Source: Delftia acidovorans NBRC 14950
GTDB lineage: Bacteria > Pseudomonadota > Gammaproteobacteria > Burkholderiales > Burkholderiaceae_C
NCBI RefSeq assembly: GCF_001598795.1
Contig: NZ_BCZP01000001.1
Location: 210,001 to 242,000 of the forward strand
Direction of reading: 5' to 3'
Length of the DNA stretch: 32,000 bases
Both the position numbers and the translations under genes were made by a program. Numbering within the stretch: position 1 is the stretch's first letter; every line of letters starts with the position of its first letter. The notes beneath the pieces were generated by a model. It had not been told where the DNA came from, did no database searches, and was given only the letters and a program-made list of their open reading frames with translations. Shown here in pieces: positions 15,643-23,691 of this stretch.

Positions 15643-18486
15643 ATGAGCAATTCCAAGACCCTGGTGCTGATCGACGGCTCCAGCTACCTCTACCGCGCCT
15701 ACCACGCCATGCCGGACCTGCGCGCCGAGCCCGGCAACCCGGAAAGCCCTGCCACGGGCGCCATCCGCGGCATGATCAACATGCTCCAGGCGATCAGGAA
15801 GGAAGTGGCGGCCGACTACGCCGTCTGCGTGTTCGATACCAGCGGACCCACCTTCCGCGACACGCTCTACCCCGAATACAAGGCGCACCGCTCGCCCATG
15901 CCCGACGATCTGCGCTCGCAGATCGAGCCCATCCATGAAGTGGTGCGCCTGCTGGGCTGGCCGGTGCTGGCCATCCAGGGCGTGGAGGCCGACGACGTGA
16001 TCGGCACCCTGGCCAAGACGGCCGCCGCCCAGGGCGTGAACGTGGTGATCTCCAGTGGCGACAAGGACCTGTCCCAGCTGGTGGACTCCCACATCATGGT
16101 GATGGACACCATGAGCGGCAAGCGCCGCGACGTGGCCGGCGTGACGGCCGAGTTCGGCGTGCCGCCCACGCAGATGATCGACTACCAGGCCCTGGTCGGC
16201 GATGCCGTGGACAACGTGCCCGGCGTGTCCAAGGTGGGCCCCAAGACGGCCGTCAAGTGGCTGGCCGAGCACGGCTCGCTCGACGGCCTGATTGCAGCGG
16301 CCGACGGCATCAAGGGCGTGGCCGGCCAGAACCTGCGCGATGCCATCGCCTCGGGCCAGCTGGCGCTGAGCCGCCAGTTGGTCACCATGAAGACCGACTG
16401 CGACCTGAGCGCCGAAGTGCCCACCCTGCCGGTGCTCGACGCGCTGGCGCCGCGCGAGCCCGATACCGCGCCGCTGCGCGACTTCTATGAGCGCTACGGC
16501 TTCAAGGGCCTGGCGCGCATGCTCGGCGGTGCCGCGCCCGAGCCCGATGCGCTGGAAGCCGTCAAGGCCGGCCGCAAGCCAGCGGCCAAGCCGCGTGCCG
16601 ACCAGTCCACGGGCGACATGTTTGCCCAGGAGCAGGCCGAATCCGACGAAGCCACCACCGAGGCCGAGGCCGTCCAGCAGCGCCCGCTGGACTATGACGT
16701 GGTGCTGACCTGGGAAGCGTTCGACCAGTGGCTGGCCAAGATCAACGCCGCCGAACTCACGGCCCTGGATACCGAAACCACCTCGCTGGACGAGATGCGT
16801 GCCGAGATCGTGGGCATCTCGCTGAGCGTGGAGCCCGGCGCCGCTGCCTACATCCCCCTGCGCCATGCCGGCCCCGACGCGCCCGAGCAACTGCCGGCCG
16901 ACGAAGTGCTGCAGCGCCTCAAGCCCTGGCTGGAGGATGCGGCCCGGCCCAAGTTGGGCCAGCACGTCAAGTACGACCGCCATGTCTTCGCCAATGCCGG
17001 CATCGAGGTGCACGGCTATGTGCACGACACCATGCTGCAAAGCTATGTGCTGGAAGTGCACCGCCCGCACGGCCTGGCCAGCCTGGCGCTGCGCCACACC
17101 AACCGCACGGGCATCAGCTATGAAGACCTGTGCGGCAAGGGCGCCCACCAGATCCCGTTCGCCCAGGTGCCCGTGGACAAGGCTGCCGCCTATGCCTGCG
17201 AGGATGCCGACCAGACCCTGGACGTGCACCGCGTGCTGTGGCCGCAGCTGCAGGCCAACGACGGCCTGCGCGGCGTCTACGAGCTGGAGATCGCCACCAG
17301 CGAGGCCCTGTTCCGCATAGAGCGCAACGGCGTGCTCATTGATGCCGCCACGCTGGCCAAGCAGAGCAACGATCTGGGCCAGCGCATCGTGCAACTGGAG
17401 CAGGAGGCCTACGACATCGCGGGCCAGCCCTTCAACCTGGCCAGCCCCAAGCAGCTGGGCGAAATCTTCTTCGACAAGCTGGGCATGCCCGTGGTCAAGA
17501 AGACGGCCACCGGCGCACGCAGCACCGACGAAGAGGTGCTGGAGAAGCTGGCCGAGGACTATCCGCTGCCCGCCAAGCTGCTGGAGCACCGCAGCCTGTC
17601 CAAGCTCAAGGGCACCTATACCGACAAGCTGGCCCAGCTGGCGCTGCCGCGCACGGGCCGCGTGCACACGCACTACGCCCAGGCCGTGGCCGTGACGGGG
17701 CGCCTGTCCAGCAACGACCCCAACCTGCAGAACATCCCCATCCGCACGCCCGAAGGCCGGCGCGTGCGCGAGGCCTTCATTGCCGCGCCCGGCCATGTGA
17801 TCGCCAGCGCCGACTACTCGCAGATCGAGCTGCGCATCATGGCCCACCTGTCGGGTGACGAGTCCCTGCTGCGCGCCTTCCACGAAGGCCGCGACGTGCA
17901 CCGTGCCACGGCATCGGAAGTCTTCAACGTGGAGCTGGAGCAGGTCAGCAGCGAGCAGCGCCGCTATGCCAAGGTCATCAACTTCGGGCTGATCTACGGC
18001 ATGAGCAGCTTTGGCCTGGCCAAGAACCTGGGCATAGAGACCAAGGCCGCGGCCGCCTACATCGACCGCTATTTCCAGCGCTATCCGGGCGTCAAGCGCT
18101 ACATGGACGAGACGGTGGAATTCGCGCGCGACCACGGCTACGTGGAAACCGTCTTCGGCCGCCGCCTGTACCTGGTGGACATCAACGGCGGCAGCGGCCC
18201 GCGCAAGAAGGCGGCCGAACGGCAGGCCATCAACGCGCCCATGCAGGGCACGGCGGCCGACCTGATCAAGAAGGCCATGGTGGCGGTGCAGGCCGAGCTC
18301 GATGCCAGGCAGTCCGAGGTCCGCGTCATCATGCAGGTGCACGACGAACTGGTGTTCGAGCTGCCCGAAGGCGAGTCGGACTGGGTGCGCACCGAGATCC
18401 CGCGCCTGATGGCCGGCGTGGCCGACCTGAAGGTGCCGCTGCTCGCCGAGGTGGGCCTGGGACCCAACTGGGACAAGGCACATTGA
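15643..18486 (+). CDS. polA: DNA polymerase I
   Basis: 947 aa from the ATG at 15643. 5'-nuclease N-terminus (LVLIDGSSYLYRAYHA), 3'-5' exonuclease block (LDTETTSLD), and polymerase motifs DYSQIELR, RRYAKVINFGLIYG and QVHDELVFE. Confidence 0.95.
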   Translation: MSNSKTLVLIDGSSYLYRAYHAMPDLRAEPGNPESPATGAIRGMINMLQAIRKEVAADYAVCVFDTSGPTFRDTLYPEYKAHRSPMPDDLRSQIEPIHEVVRLLGWPVLAIQGVEADDVIGTLAKTAAAQGVNVVISSGDKDLSQLVDSHIMVMDTMSGKRRDVAGVTAEFGVPPTQMIDYQALVGDAVDNVPGVSKVGPKTAVKWLAEHGSLDGLIAAADGIKGVAGQNLRDAIASGQLALSRQLVTMKTDCDLSAEVPTLPVLDALAPREPDTAPLRDFYERYGFKGLARMLGGAAPEPDALEAVKAGRKPAAKPRADQSTGDMFAQEQAESDEATTEAEAVQQRPLDYDVVLTWEAFDQWLAKINAAELTALDTETTSLDEMRAEIVGISLSVEPGAAAYIPLRHAGPDAPEQLPADEVLQRLKPWLEDAARPKLGQHVKYDRHVFANAGIEVHGYVHDTMLQSYVLEVHRPHGLASLALRHTNRTGISYEDLCGKGAHQIPFAQVPVDKAAAYACEDADQTLDVHRVLWPQLQANDGLRGVYELEIATSEALFRIERNGVLIDAATLAKQSNDLGQRIVQLEQEAYDIAGQPFNLASPKQLGEIFFDKLGMPVVKKTATGARSTDEEVLEKLAEDYPLPAKLLEHRSLSKLKGTYTDKLAQLALPRTGRVHTHYAQAVAVTGRLSSNDPNLQNIPIRTPEGRRVREAFIAAPGHVIASADYSQIELRIMAHLSGDESLLRAFHEGRDVHRATASEVFNVELEQVSSEQRRYAKVINFGLIYGMSSFGLAKNLGIETKAAAAYIDRYFQRYPGVKRYMDETVEFARDHGYVETVFGRRLYLVDINGGSGPRKKAAERQAINAPMQGTAADLIKKAMVAVQAELDARQSEVRVIMQVHDELVFELPEGESDWVRTEIPRLMAGVADLKVPLLAEVGLGPNWDKAH

Positions 18487-18543
18487 GCTTCACGCAGGCA
18501 TCGTAGACTTGGCCGGTTCTCAACCACCACCAAGGAGAGATGC

Positions 18544-19440
18544 ATGCGTGACGATCAGCAGCAAGACCTGAAGGCCCTGGTTCCGGGGCGCAGCAGCGAA
18601 GAGGGGCCTACGCGGCGCCTGGCATTGCAGACGGCCCTGGGCCTGGGCTATGCCGCAGCGGCCACGCCGCTCATGGCGCAGACCGCCATCTCCACGCCGG
18701 CCGACGGCCTGACGGCCGGCGAGGTGCATTTCACCGTGAACGGCTTCAAGGTGCCCGCCTACCGCGCCGCGCCCGCGGGCAAGAAGAATGTGCCCGTGGT
18801 GCTGGTGATCTCCGAGATCTTCGGCGTGCACGAATACATTGCCGACACCTGCCGCCGCCTGGCGCGTGCCGGCTACCTGGCCATTGCCCCCGATCTGTAT
18901 GCGCGCCAGGGCGACCCCAAGACCTATACCGACATCGCCAAGCTCATGAGCGAGCTGGTCTCCAAGGTGCCCGACGAGCAGGTCATGGCCGACCTCGACG
19001 GCGCCGTGCAATGGGCCGGCACGCAGGGCGGCGATACGGCGCGCGTGGCCATCACGGGCTTTTGCTGGGGCGGGCGCATCACCTGGCTGTATGCGGCCCA
19101 TGGCCCGGTCAAGGCCGGCGTGGCCTGGTACGGCCGGCTGGAAGGCGCCAAGACGGCGCTGCAGCCACGCCATCCGCTGGAGCTGGTCTCCAGCCTCAAG
19201 GCGCCGGTGCTGGGCCTGTATGGCGGGCAGGACACGGGCATTCCGCTGGAATCCGTGGAGCGCATGCGCGAGGCGCTCAAGCAGGGCTCGGCAGCGGCCA
19301 AGGCCTCGGAGTTCGTGATCTACCCGGAGGCGCCCCACGCCTTCCATGCCGACTACCGGCCCAGCTACCGCGAGCAGGCTGCGCGCGACGGCTGGCAAAA
19401 AATGCTGGCTTGGTTCAACAAGAACGGCGTCGCGCCCTGA
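18544..19440 (+). CDS. Dienelactone hydrolase family protein with a Tat-type signal
   Basis: AAGGAG RBS 6 nt upstream. N-terminal TRRLALQTALGLG. Nucleophile motif GFCWGG. C-terminal HAFHADY. No terminator is seen between polA and this gene. Confidence 0.8.
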   Translation: MRDDQQQDLKALVPGRSSEEGPTRRLALQTALGLGYAAAATPLMAQTAISTPADGLTAGEVHFTVNGFKVPAYRAAPAGKKNVPVVLVISEIFGVHEYIADTCRRLARAGYLAIAPDLYARQGDPKTYTDIAKLMSELVSKVPDEQVMADLDGAVQWAGTQGGDTARVAITGFCWGGRITWLYAAHGPVKAGVAWYGRLEGAKTALQPRHPLELVSSLKAPVLGLYGGQDTGIPLESVERMREALKQGSAAAKASEFVIYPEAPHAFHADYRPSYREQAARDGWQKMLAWFNKNGVAP

Positions 19441-19499
19441 GCTTTTTTGAGCAGGGGGGCTTGACAGCTTCTGTAGGCTGAAACCGAGGGCACCCGACA

Positions 19500-19536
19500 C
19501 CGTGGCCTGCTTCCTTCATGGGATCGCAGGCCACGG
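19500..19536 (+). other. Perfect 11-bp-stem hairpin between the hydrolase and ZIP genes (possible terminator or regulatory structure)
   Basis: CCGTGGCCTGC, a 15-nt loop, then GCAGGCCACGG. A T-rich stretch (GTCTTTCTG) appears only about 15 nt later. Confidence 0.35.
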
Positions 19537-19612
19537 CTGCGATGGGTCCTGTCTTTCTGCGAGAATTCGCGGGTTTCGCCTGCAAGGGCATACGGTTGAA
19601 GCACAAATCGCT

Positions 19613-20446
19613 ATGACATTGGTAGCAATCATTCTGGCCACCCTGGCCGCCGGTATTGGCAGCGTCTGGGTGGCCGCGTTGTTGATGGGGCTGGGAGGCA
19701 ATCGCTCGCCGGGCATGATGCCGCAGCGGCTGTTGAGCCTGGCGGCGGGCGCGCTGCTGGCCACGGCCTTCATGCACCTCTTGCCCGAAGCCTTCGAGAG
19801 CGAGGCCGGCGCGCATGACCTGTTCGTGACGCTGCTGGTGGGCCTGGTGTTCTTTTTCCTGCTGTCCAAGGCCGAGCTGTGGCACCACGGGCACGAGCAC
19901 GGCGCGCCGCCTGCCCATGAGCATGATCACCACGAACATCACGATCACCAGGGCCACGCCCATGACCATTCCCATGACCACCATCATGGCCACCGCCACG
20001 GCGGCTGGGCGGTGCTGACCGGAGACAGCGTGCACTGCTTCGGCGATGGCGTGCTGATCGCCTCCGCCTTCATGGCCGACATGCGCCTGGGGCTGATCGC
20101 GGCGGTGTCGGTGCTGGCCCACGAGGTGCCGCACCACATGGGCGACATCGTGGTGCTGCGCCAGTCCAGTTCCAACCGGCGCGTGGCGCTGATCAAGGTG
20201 TCCATGGCCGGGGCCGTGACCACGCTGGGCGGCATTGGCGGCTATTTCCTGGTGGGACAGCTGCAGGAACTGCTGCCGTACTTCCTGGCCGTGGCCTCCA
20301 GCAGCTTCATCTACGTGGCGCTGGCCGACCTGATTCCCCAGCTGCAAAAGCGCCTGAGCGCCCGCGAGACCGTGGCCCAGGTGGGCTGGCTGATGCTGGG
20401 CATCGTGCTGGTCACCGTGGTCAGCCGCGCGGCGCACGCGCACTAA
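19613..20446 (+). CDS. ZIP-family divalent metal transporter with a histidine-rich cytoplasmic loop
   Basis: ZIP signature region HEVPHHMGD. The loop reads HHGHEHGAPPAHEHDHHEHHDHQGHAHDHSHDHHHGHRHGG. The start is placed at the ATG at 19613 (MTLVAIILATL). Confidence 0.8.
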   Translation: MTLVAIILATLAAGIGSVWVAALLMGLGGNRSPGMMPQRLLSLAAGALLATAFMHLLPEAFESEAGAHDLFVTLLVGLVFFFLLSKAELWHHGHEHGAPPAHEHDHHEHHDHQGHAHDHSHDHHHGHRHGGWAVLTGDSVHCFGDGVLIASAFMADMRLGLIAAVSVLAHEVPHHMGDIVVLRQSSSNRRVALIKVSMAGAVTTLGGIGGYFLVGQLQELLPYFLAVASSSFIYVALADLIPQLQKRLSARETVAQVGWLMLGIVLVTVVSRAAHAH

Positions 20447-20474
20447 GGCTGATGTTGAGGGTAAGGCGCGGGTC

Positions 20475-21137
20475 CTAGCCTGCGCGGGCCTCCTGGGGTG
20501 CCGGCCCCAGCAGGTCGGCATAGTCCACGGCGTACTTGATGAAGGCCGCATGGCCGTCGATGCGCAGCTTGCGGCGCAGGTGCAGGCGGTGGGTTTCCAC
20601 GGTACGCACCGAGGTGCCCATCAGCGCGGCGATTTCCTTGTTGGAGCGGCCCTCCGAGATCCACTGCAGCACGCTGGCCTCGCGCGGCGTGAGGGCGCGC
20701 CGGGGCCCGGACGCGCCGCCGTCTTCCTCGGCCACGGGCTGCAGGCCGGGGCTGAAATACAGGCCGCCGGCGTAGACCCGGTCTATGGCCTCGATGAGCT
20801 GCTGCGCAGGCGCGTCCTTGAGCACATAGCCGCGCGCGCCCAGCGCCACGGCGCGGCGCACGTATTCGGGGTCTTCGTGCATGGACAGCACCAGCACGCG
20901 CACCAGCGGGAACTGATCGCGGAACAGCGCGGCCAGGTCGATGCCGCTGGCGCCCGGCATGCGGATGTCGGTGACCACCAGGTCGGGCGACAGCTCGCGG
21001 GCCAGCGGCAGGGCCTGGTCCACGCTGGCGGCCTCGCCCACCACACGGATATGGTCCGTGGCCTGCAGGCGCATGGACACGCCGTCGCGCACGAGAGGGT
21101 GGTCGTCCACCAGGAGGATGCGGATCATGGGGTTCAT
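20475..21137 (-). CDS. NarL/LuxR-family response regulator
   Basis: Receiver domain (IRILLVDDHPLVRDG ... VVTDIRMPG) plus a C-terminal LuxR HTH (LTPREASVLQWISEGRSNKEIAALMGTSVRTVETH). The start overlaps the upstream kinase stop by 4 nt. Confidence 0.85.
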   Translation of the reverse strand: MNPMIRILLVDDHPLVRDGVSMRLQATDHIRVVGEAASVDQALPLARELSPDLVVTDIRMPGASGIDLAALFRDQFPLVRVLVLSMHEDPEYVRRAVALGARGYVLKDAPAQQLIEAIDRVYAGGLYFSPGLQPVAEEDGGASGPRRALTPREASVLQWISEGRSNKEIAALMGTSVRTVETHRLHLRRKLRIDGHAAFIKYAVDYADLLGPAPQEARAG

Positions 21138-22567
21138 GCAGCGGCCCGTGGGAGTTCGAATTCCGGTGAGGGAGACAGCGGCATGCCGCCATCGCGGTAG
21201 AGCACGGCGACCAGCCGGGTGCCCCGGCGCCCCGAACTGATGGACAGGTGGCCGCCCAGGCCTTCGATGCGCTCGCGCATGTTGCGCAGGCCGATGCCGC
21301 CCTGGCGGTCGCGCTGCACGCGGCGCATGTCGAAGCCCTGCCCGTCGTCGCTGACCTGCAGCACCACGCGGCGGCGCTGAAAGTGCAGGCTGACATCGAT
21401 GCGCGTGGCCTGGGCATGGTTTTGCGCATTCGTCACGGCTTCCTGGGCCACGCGGAACAGGGCCGTGGCGTGGCTGGGCGGTAGAAAGCGGGTCTCGCCC
21501 CGGCAGCCGAATTGCATGCGCAGGCCGTCCTCGGCCTGCATTTGCTGGCTCATCAGCGCCAGGGCCGGGGCCAGGCCCAGGTCGTCCAGCAGGGCGGGGC
21601 GCAGGCCGTGGGAGACACGCCGTATCTCCACCAGCGCGTGATTGAGCTGCTCCAGGCCCTGGTCCACCATGCGCTGGGCCGTGGCCGGGTCCTGCGCGGC
21701 CAGCCGCCTGAGCTGGGCCTGGGCCGTCTCCAGCAGGAACTTGGAGGAGACCAGCACCTGCACCACGCCGTCATGCAGGTCGCGCGCCACGCGCGTGCGT
21801 TCCTCTTCCTGCGAATGCACCACGCGCTGGGCCAGCCGCTGCAGCTTGTTGCTGGACACGCGGTGATCGCTGAGATTGAAGACCAGCCCGGCCACGCCGA
21901 TGAGCACGATGCACAGCGCCGCAATGCCGAAGATGCGCCAGCGCGTGGCCGCGATGTTGGCCTGGGCGCTTTCGTCGATCTGGCGCAGCGCCTGCTCCAC
22001 ATCGTCCAGGTACAGGCCCGTGCCCAGCGACCAGCCCCATTCGGGCACCGTTGCCACGTAGGCGAGCTTGGCCTCGGTACGCAGCGATGACGGTTTTTGC
22101 CACTGGTAGCGCACCAGGCCGCCGCCGCTGCGCGCGGCGTCCAGGATGATCCTGGCGGGTCCTGCGCCGCCGGGGCTGTTGGGATCGCACAGGTCCACGC
22201 CCGACAGGCCCATCTGGCGCGCATCCAGCAGCACGTTGCCGTGTTCGTCGTAGACAAAGAAGTAGCCGTCCTCGCCGAACTGCATGCGCGACAGCGTATC
22301 CAGCGCCTGGCGCCGCTGCACGGATGGCTCCTCGCCGCTGGACTTGATGCGCGTCAGCGCCGTGGTCGCCAGCTGGACGTAGTGGCGCAGCTCCGTCTCC
22401 TTGCTGTGCAGGTAGGCGGTCTCGACCAGTTCGCGTTCCTGGTGGGCCAGCTCCAGGGTCTGGTGCTGCACGGTCGCCGCGACCAGGCCCAGGGCGAGCG
22501 CGATGGCGGCAATCGACAGAAGTGCAAGTTTCAGCGGAAGTTGCATGGAAGCCTGTGTGGGGTGCAC
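21134..22567 (-). CDS. Sensor histidine kinase with a periplasmic Cache-like domain (HisKA_3/NarX-type transmitter)
   Basis: One N-terminal TM segment. The periplasmic segment has GYFFVYDEHGNVL and LVRYQWQKP...KLAYVATVPEWGWSLGTGLY, which are Cache-like. A second TM follows. H-box RVARDLHDGVVQ and ATPase blocks VSDDGQGF and GGIGLRNMRERI. Start is GTG at 22567 or ATG at 22546. Confidence 0.8.
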   Translation of the reverse strand: MHPTQASMQLPLKLALLSIAAIALALGLVAATVQHQTLELAHQERELVETAYLHSKETELRHYVQLATTALTRIKSSGEEPSVQRRQALDTLSRMQFGEDGYFFVYDEHGNVLLDARQMGLSGVDLCDPNSPGGAGPARIILDAARSGGGLVRYQWQKPSSLRTEAKLAYVATVPEWGWSLGTGLYLDDVEQALRQIDESAQANIAATRWRIFGIAALCIVLIGVAGLVFNLSDHRVSSNKLQRLAQRVVHSQEEERTRVARDLHDGVVQVLVSSKFLLETAQAQLRRLAAQDPATAQRMVDQGLEQLNHALVEIRRVSHGLRPALLDDLGLAPALALMSQQMQAEDGLRMQFGCRGETRFLPPSHATALFRVAQEAVTNAQNHAQATRIDVSLHFQRRRVVLQVSDDGQGFDMRRVQRDRQGGIGLRNMRERIEGLGGHLSISSGRRGTRLVAVLYRDGGMPLSPSPEFELPRAAA

Positions 22568-22701
22568 CGACGATCTTTTCCGCCCAGTGGCCGGGCCTTG
22601 TCAACAGGGCTTGCGCGCATGCCGCCAGCGCAGGGCGGCGGCCTTTGAATGGCAGGCGCTGTATTTTCCAATGGCCTGCGCGCCCCGTATATCCACACGC
22701 A

Positions 22702-22717
22702 TTCACGCGCGCGTGAA
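22702..22717. promoter_or_regulatory. Perfect 16-bp palindrome TTCACGCGCGCGTGAA (candidate regulator binding site)
   Basis: The palindrome is read directly from the sequence. It lies about 135-155 bp upstream of the Cache-kinase start, within the AT-rich divergent region. Confidence 0.3.
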
Positions 22718-22953
22718 AAGGCGTTTGAATATCCCAAGGGAAACACCATGGAAAATGGTTTTTTGGGCGCGAAAAAATATCCCATGGATACTGGAAATCC
22801 GAGATGCATTTTCTTGGTGCGTACTCCCCTTTTTGGGGTTTTGGATAATCGTTTTGCCGTATTGTGGTGCGCCGTCCCTCTGATGCCTGATGTGCTGCTT
22901 GCTGTTGAGCAGATTCCGTGCCAAACCATTGTTTTCAAAGAATGTTGAAGGGC

Positions 22954-22994
22954 TGCGTAGCACTGCGTGGGTCCGTGTGCGTAGTGGTGCGTAG
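22954..22994. repeat. Four direct TGCGT(A/G)G heptamers arranged as two pairs
   Basis: TGCGTAG at 22954, TGCGTGG at 22964, TGCGTAG at 22978 and TGCGTAG at 22988. Spacing is 10 bp within each pair and 24 bp between pairs. Confidence 0.4.
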
Positions 22995-23145
22995 GGGAAA
23001 ATTCATTATCGAATGCCCCAGATCCCTGCCTAGAATTTCTCCGTGAAATCACGAATTCGAATCATTTTGTATCGATGATTCAGGTCACCTCTGAGGACTG
23101 GGTTAATGGTGACAAAGTGTTTCCATAACGCCAATGCAGTAATGC

Positions 23146-23173
23146 TTGGCACGGCAGTGGCAGCTTGTATTTT
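23146..23173 (+). promoter_or_regulatory. Candidate promoter of the ridA-like/PLP operon (readable as sigma70 or sigma54)
   Basis: Sigma70 reading: TTGGCA (23146-23151), 16-nt spacer, TATTTT (23168-23173). Sigma54 reading of the same DNA: TGGCACG-N4-TGGCA (23147-23162), against the consensus TGGCACG-N4-TTGCW. The RBS GAGAAGGG and the ATG at 23194 follow. Confidence 0.4.
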
Positions 23174-23193
23174 TGTTTGAGAAGGGCAATACC

Positions 23194-23664
23194 ATGGATA
23201 TTCGAACGAACCTGGGGCGCATGGCGCTGGCATGCGGGGTGGCGGTGACGGCGGCGGCGCTGGTGGGTTGCGCTGCGCCCAACAAGCGCGAGGTGCTGTC
23301 CACCACGCAGATCTACCCGGCCATCGGCCCGTACTCGCAGATGGTGGCGCATGGCAACACCATCTACTTCTCGGGCGTGCTGCCGCTGAACGCACAGGGC
23401 ACGGCCATCCAGGGCGCCACCATCGAAGAGCAGACGCGTGCCGTGCTCGACCACATCGGCGCCAAGCTCAAGTCCCAGGGACTGGGCTACGAGGATGTGC
23501 TGTCCACCTCGGTCTTCATGAAGGACCTCAACGAGTTCGCCGCCATGAACAAGGTCTATGGCGAGTACTTCAAGACCGGCGCCCCCGCTCGGGCCACGGT
23601 GGAAGTGGCGCGCCTGCCGCGCGATGTGAAGATCGAAATCTCGGCCATCGTCGGCCGCCGCTGA
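23194..23664 (+). CDS. RidA/YjgF/L-PSP family enamine/imine deaminase homolog with a lipoprotein signal peptide
   Basis: N-terminus MDIRTNLGRMALACGVAVTAAALVGC contains lipobox LVGC. The mature part has YjgF-family blocks (IGPYSQMVAHGNTIYFSGVLPL, ...ARATVEVARLPRDVKIEISAIV). Confidence 0.8.
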   Translation: MDIRTNLGRMALACGVAVTAAALVGCAAPNKREVLSTTQIYPAIGPYSQMVAHGNTIYFSGVLPLNAQGTAIQGATIEEQTRAVLDHIGAKLKSQGLGYEDVLSTSVFMKDLNEFAAMNKVYGEYFKTGAPARATVEVARLPRDVKIEISAIVGRR

Positions 23665-23691
23665 CCGCTTGCGCAACGACAGGAGGACCGC

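Noticed and set aside
15613-18483. 956-aa ORF antisense to polA
   Set aside because: Same reasoning as above. polA on the + strand has all the polymerase I motifs, and the antisense product is low-information and Ala/Gly/Arg/Val-rich.
22531-23052. ORFs of 173, 99 and 86 aa within the AT-rich intergenic region
   Set aside because: They overlap one another in different frames, lack recognisable motifs, and have codon usage (GC3 near 50 percent for the one I counted) unlike every confident gene here. I treat them as non-coding unless expression data say otherwise. A possible small ORF is noted under the region finding.
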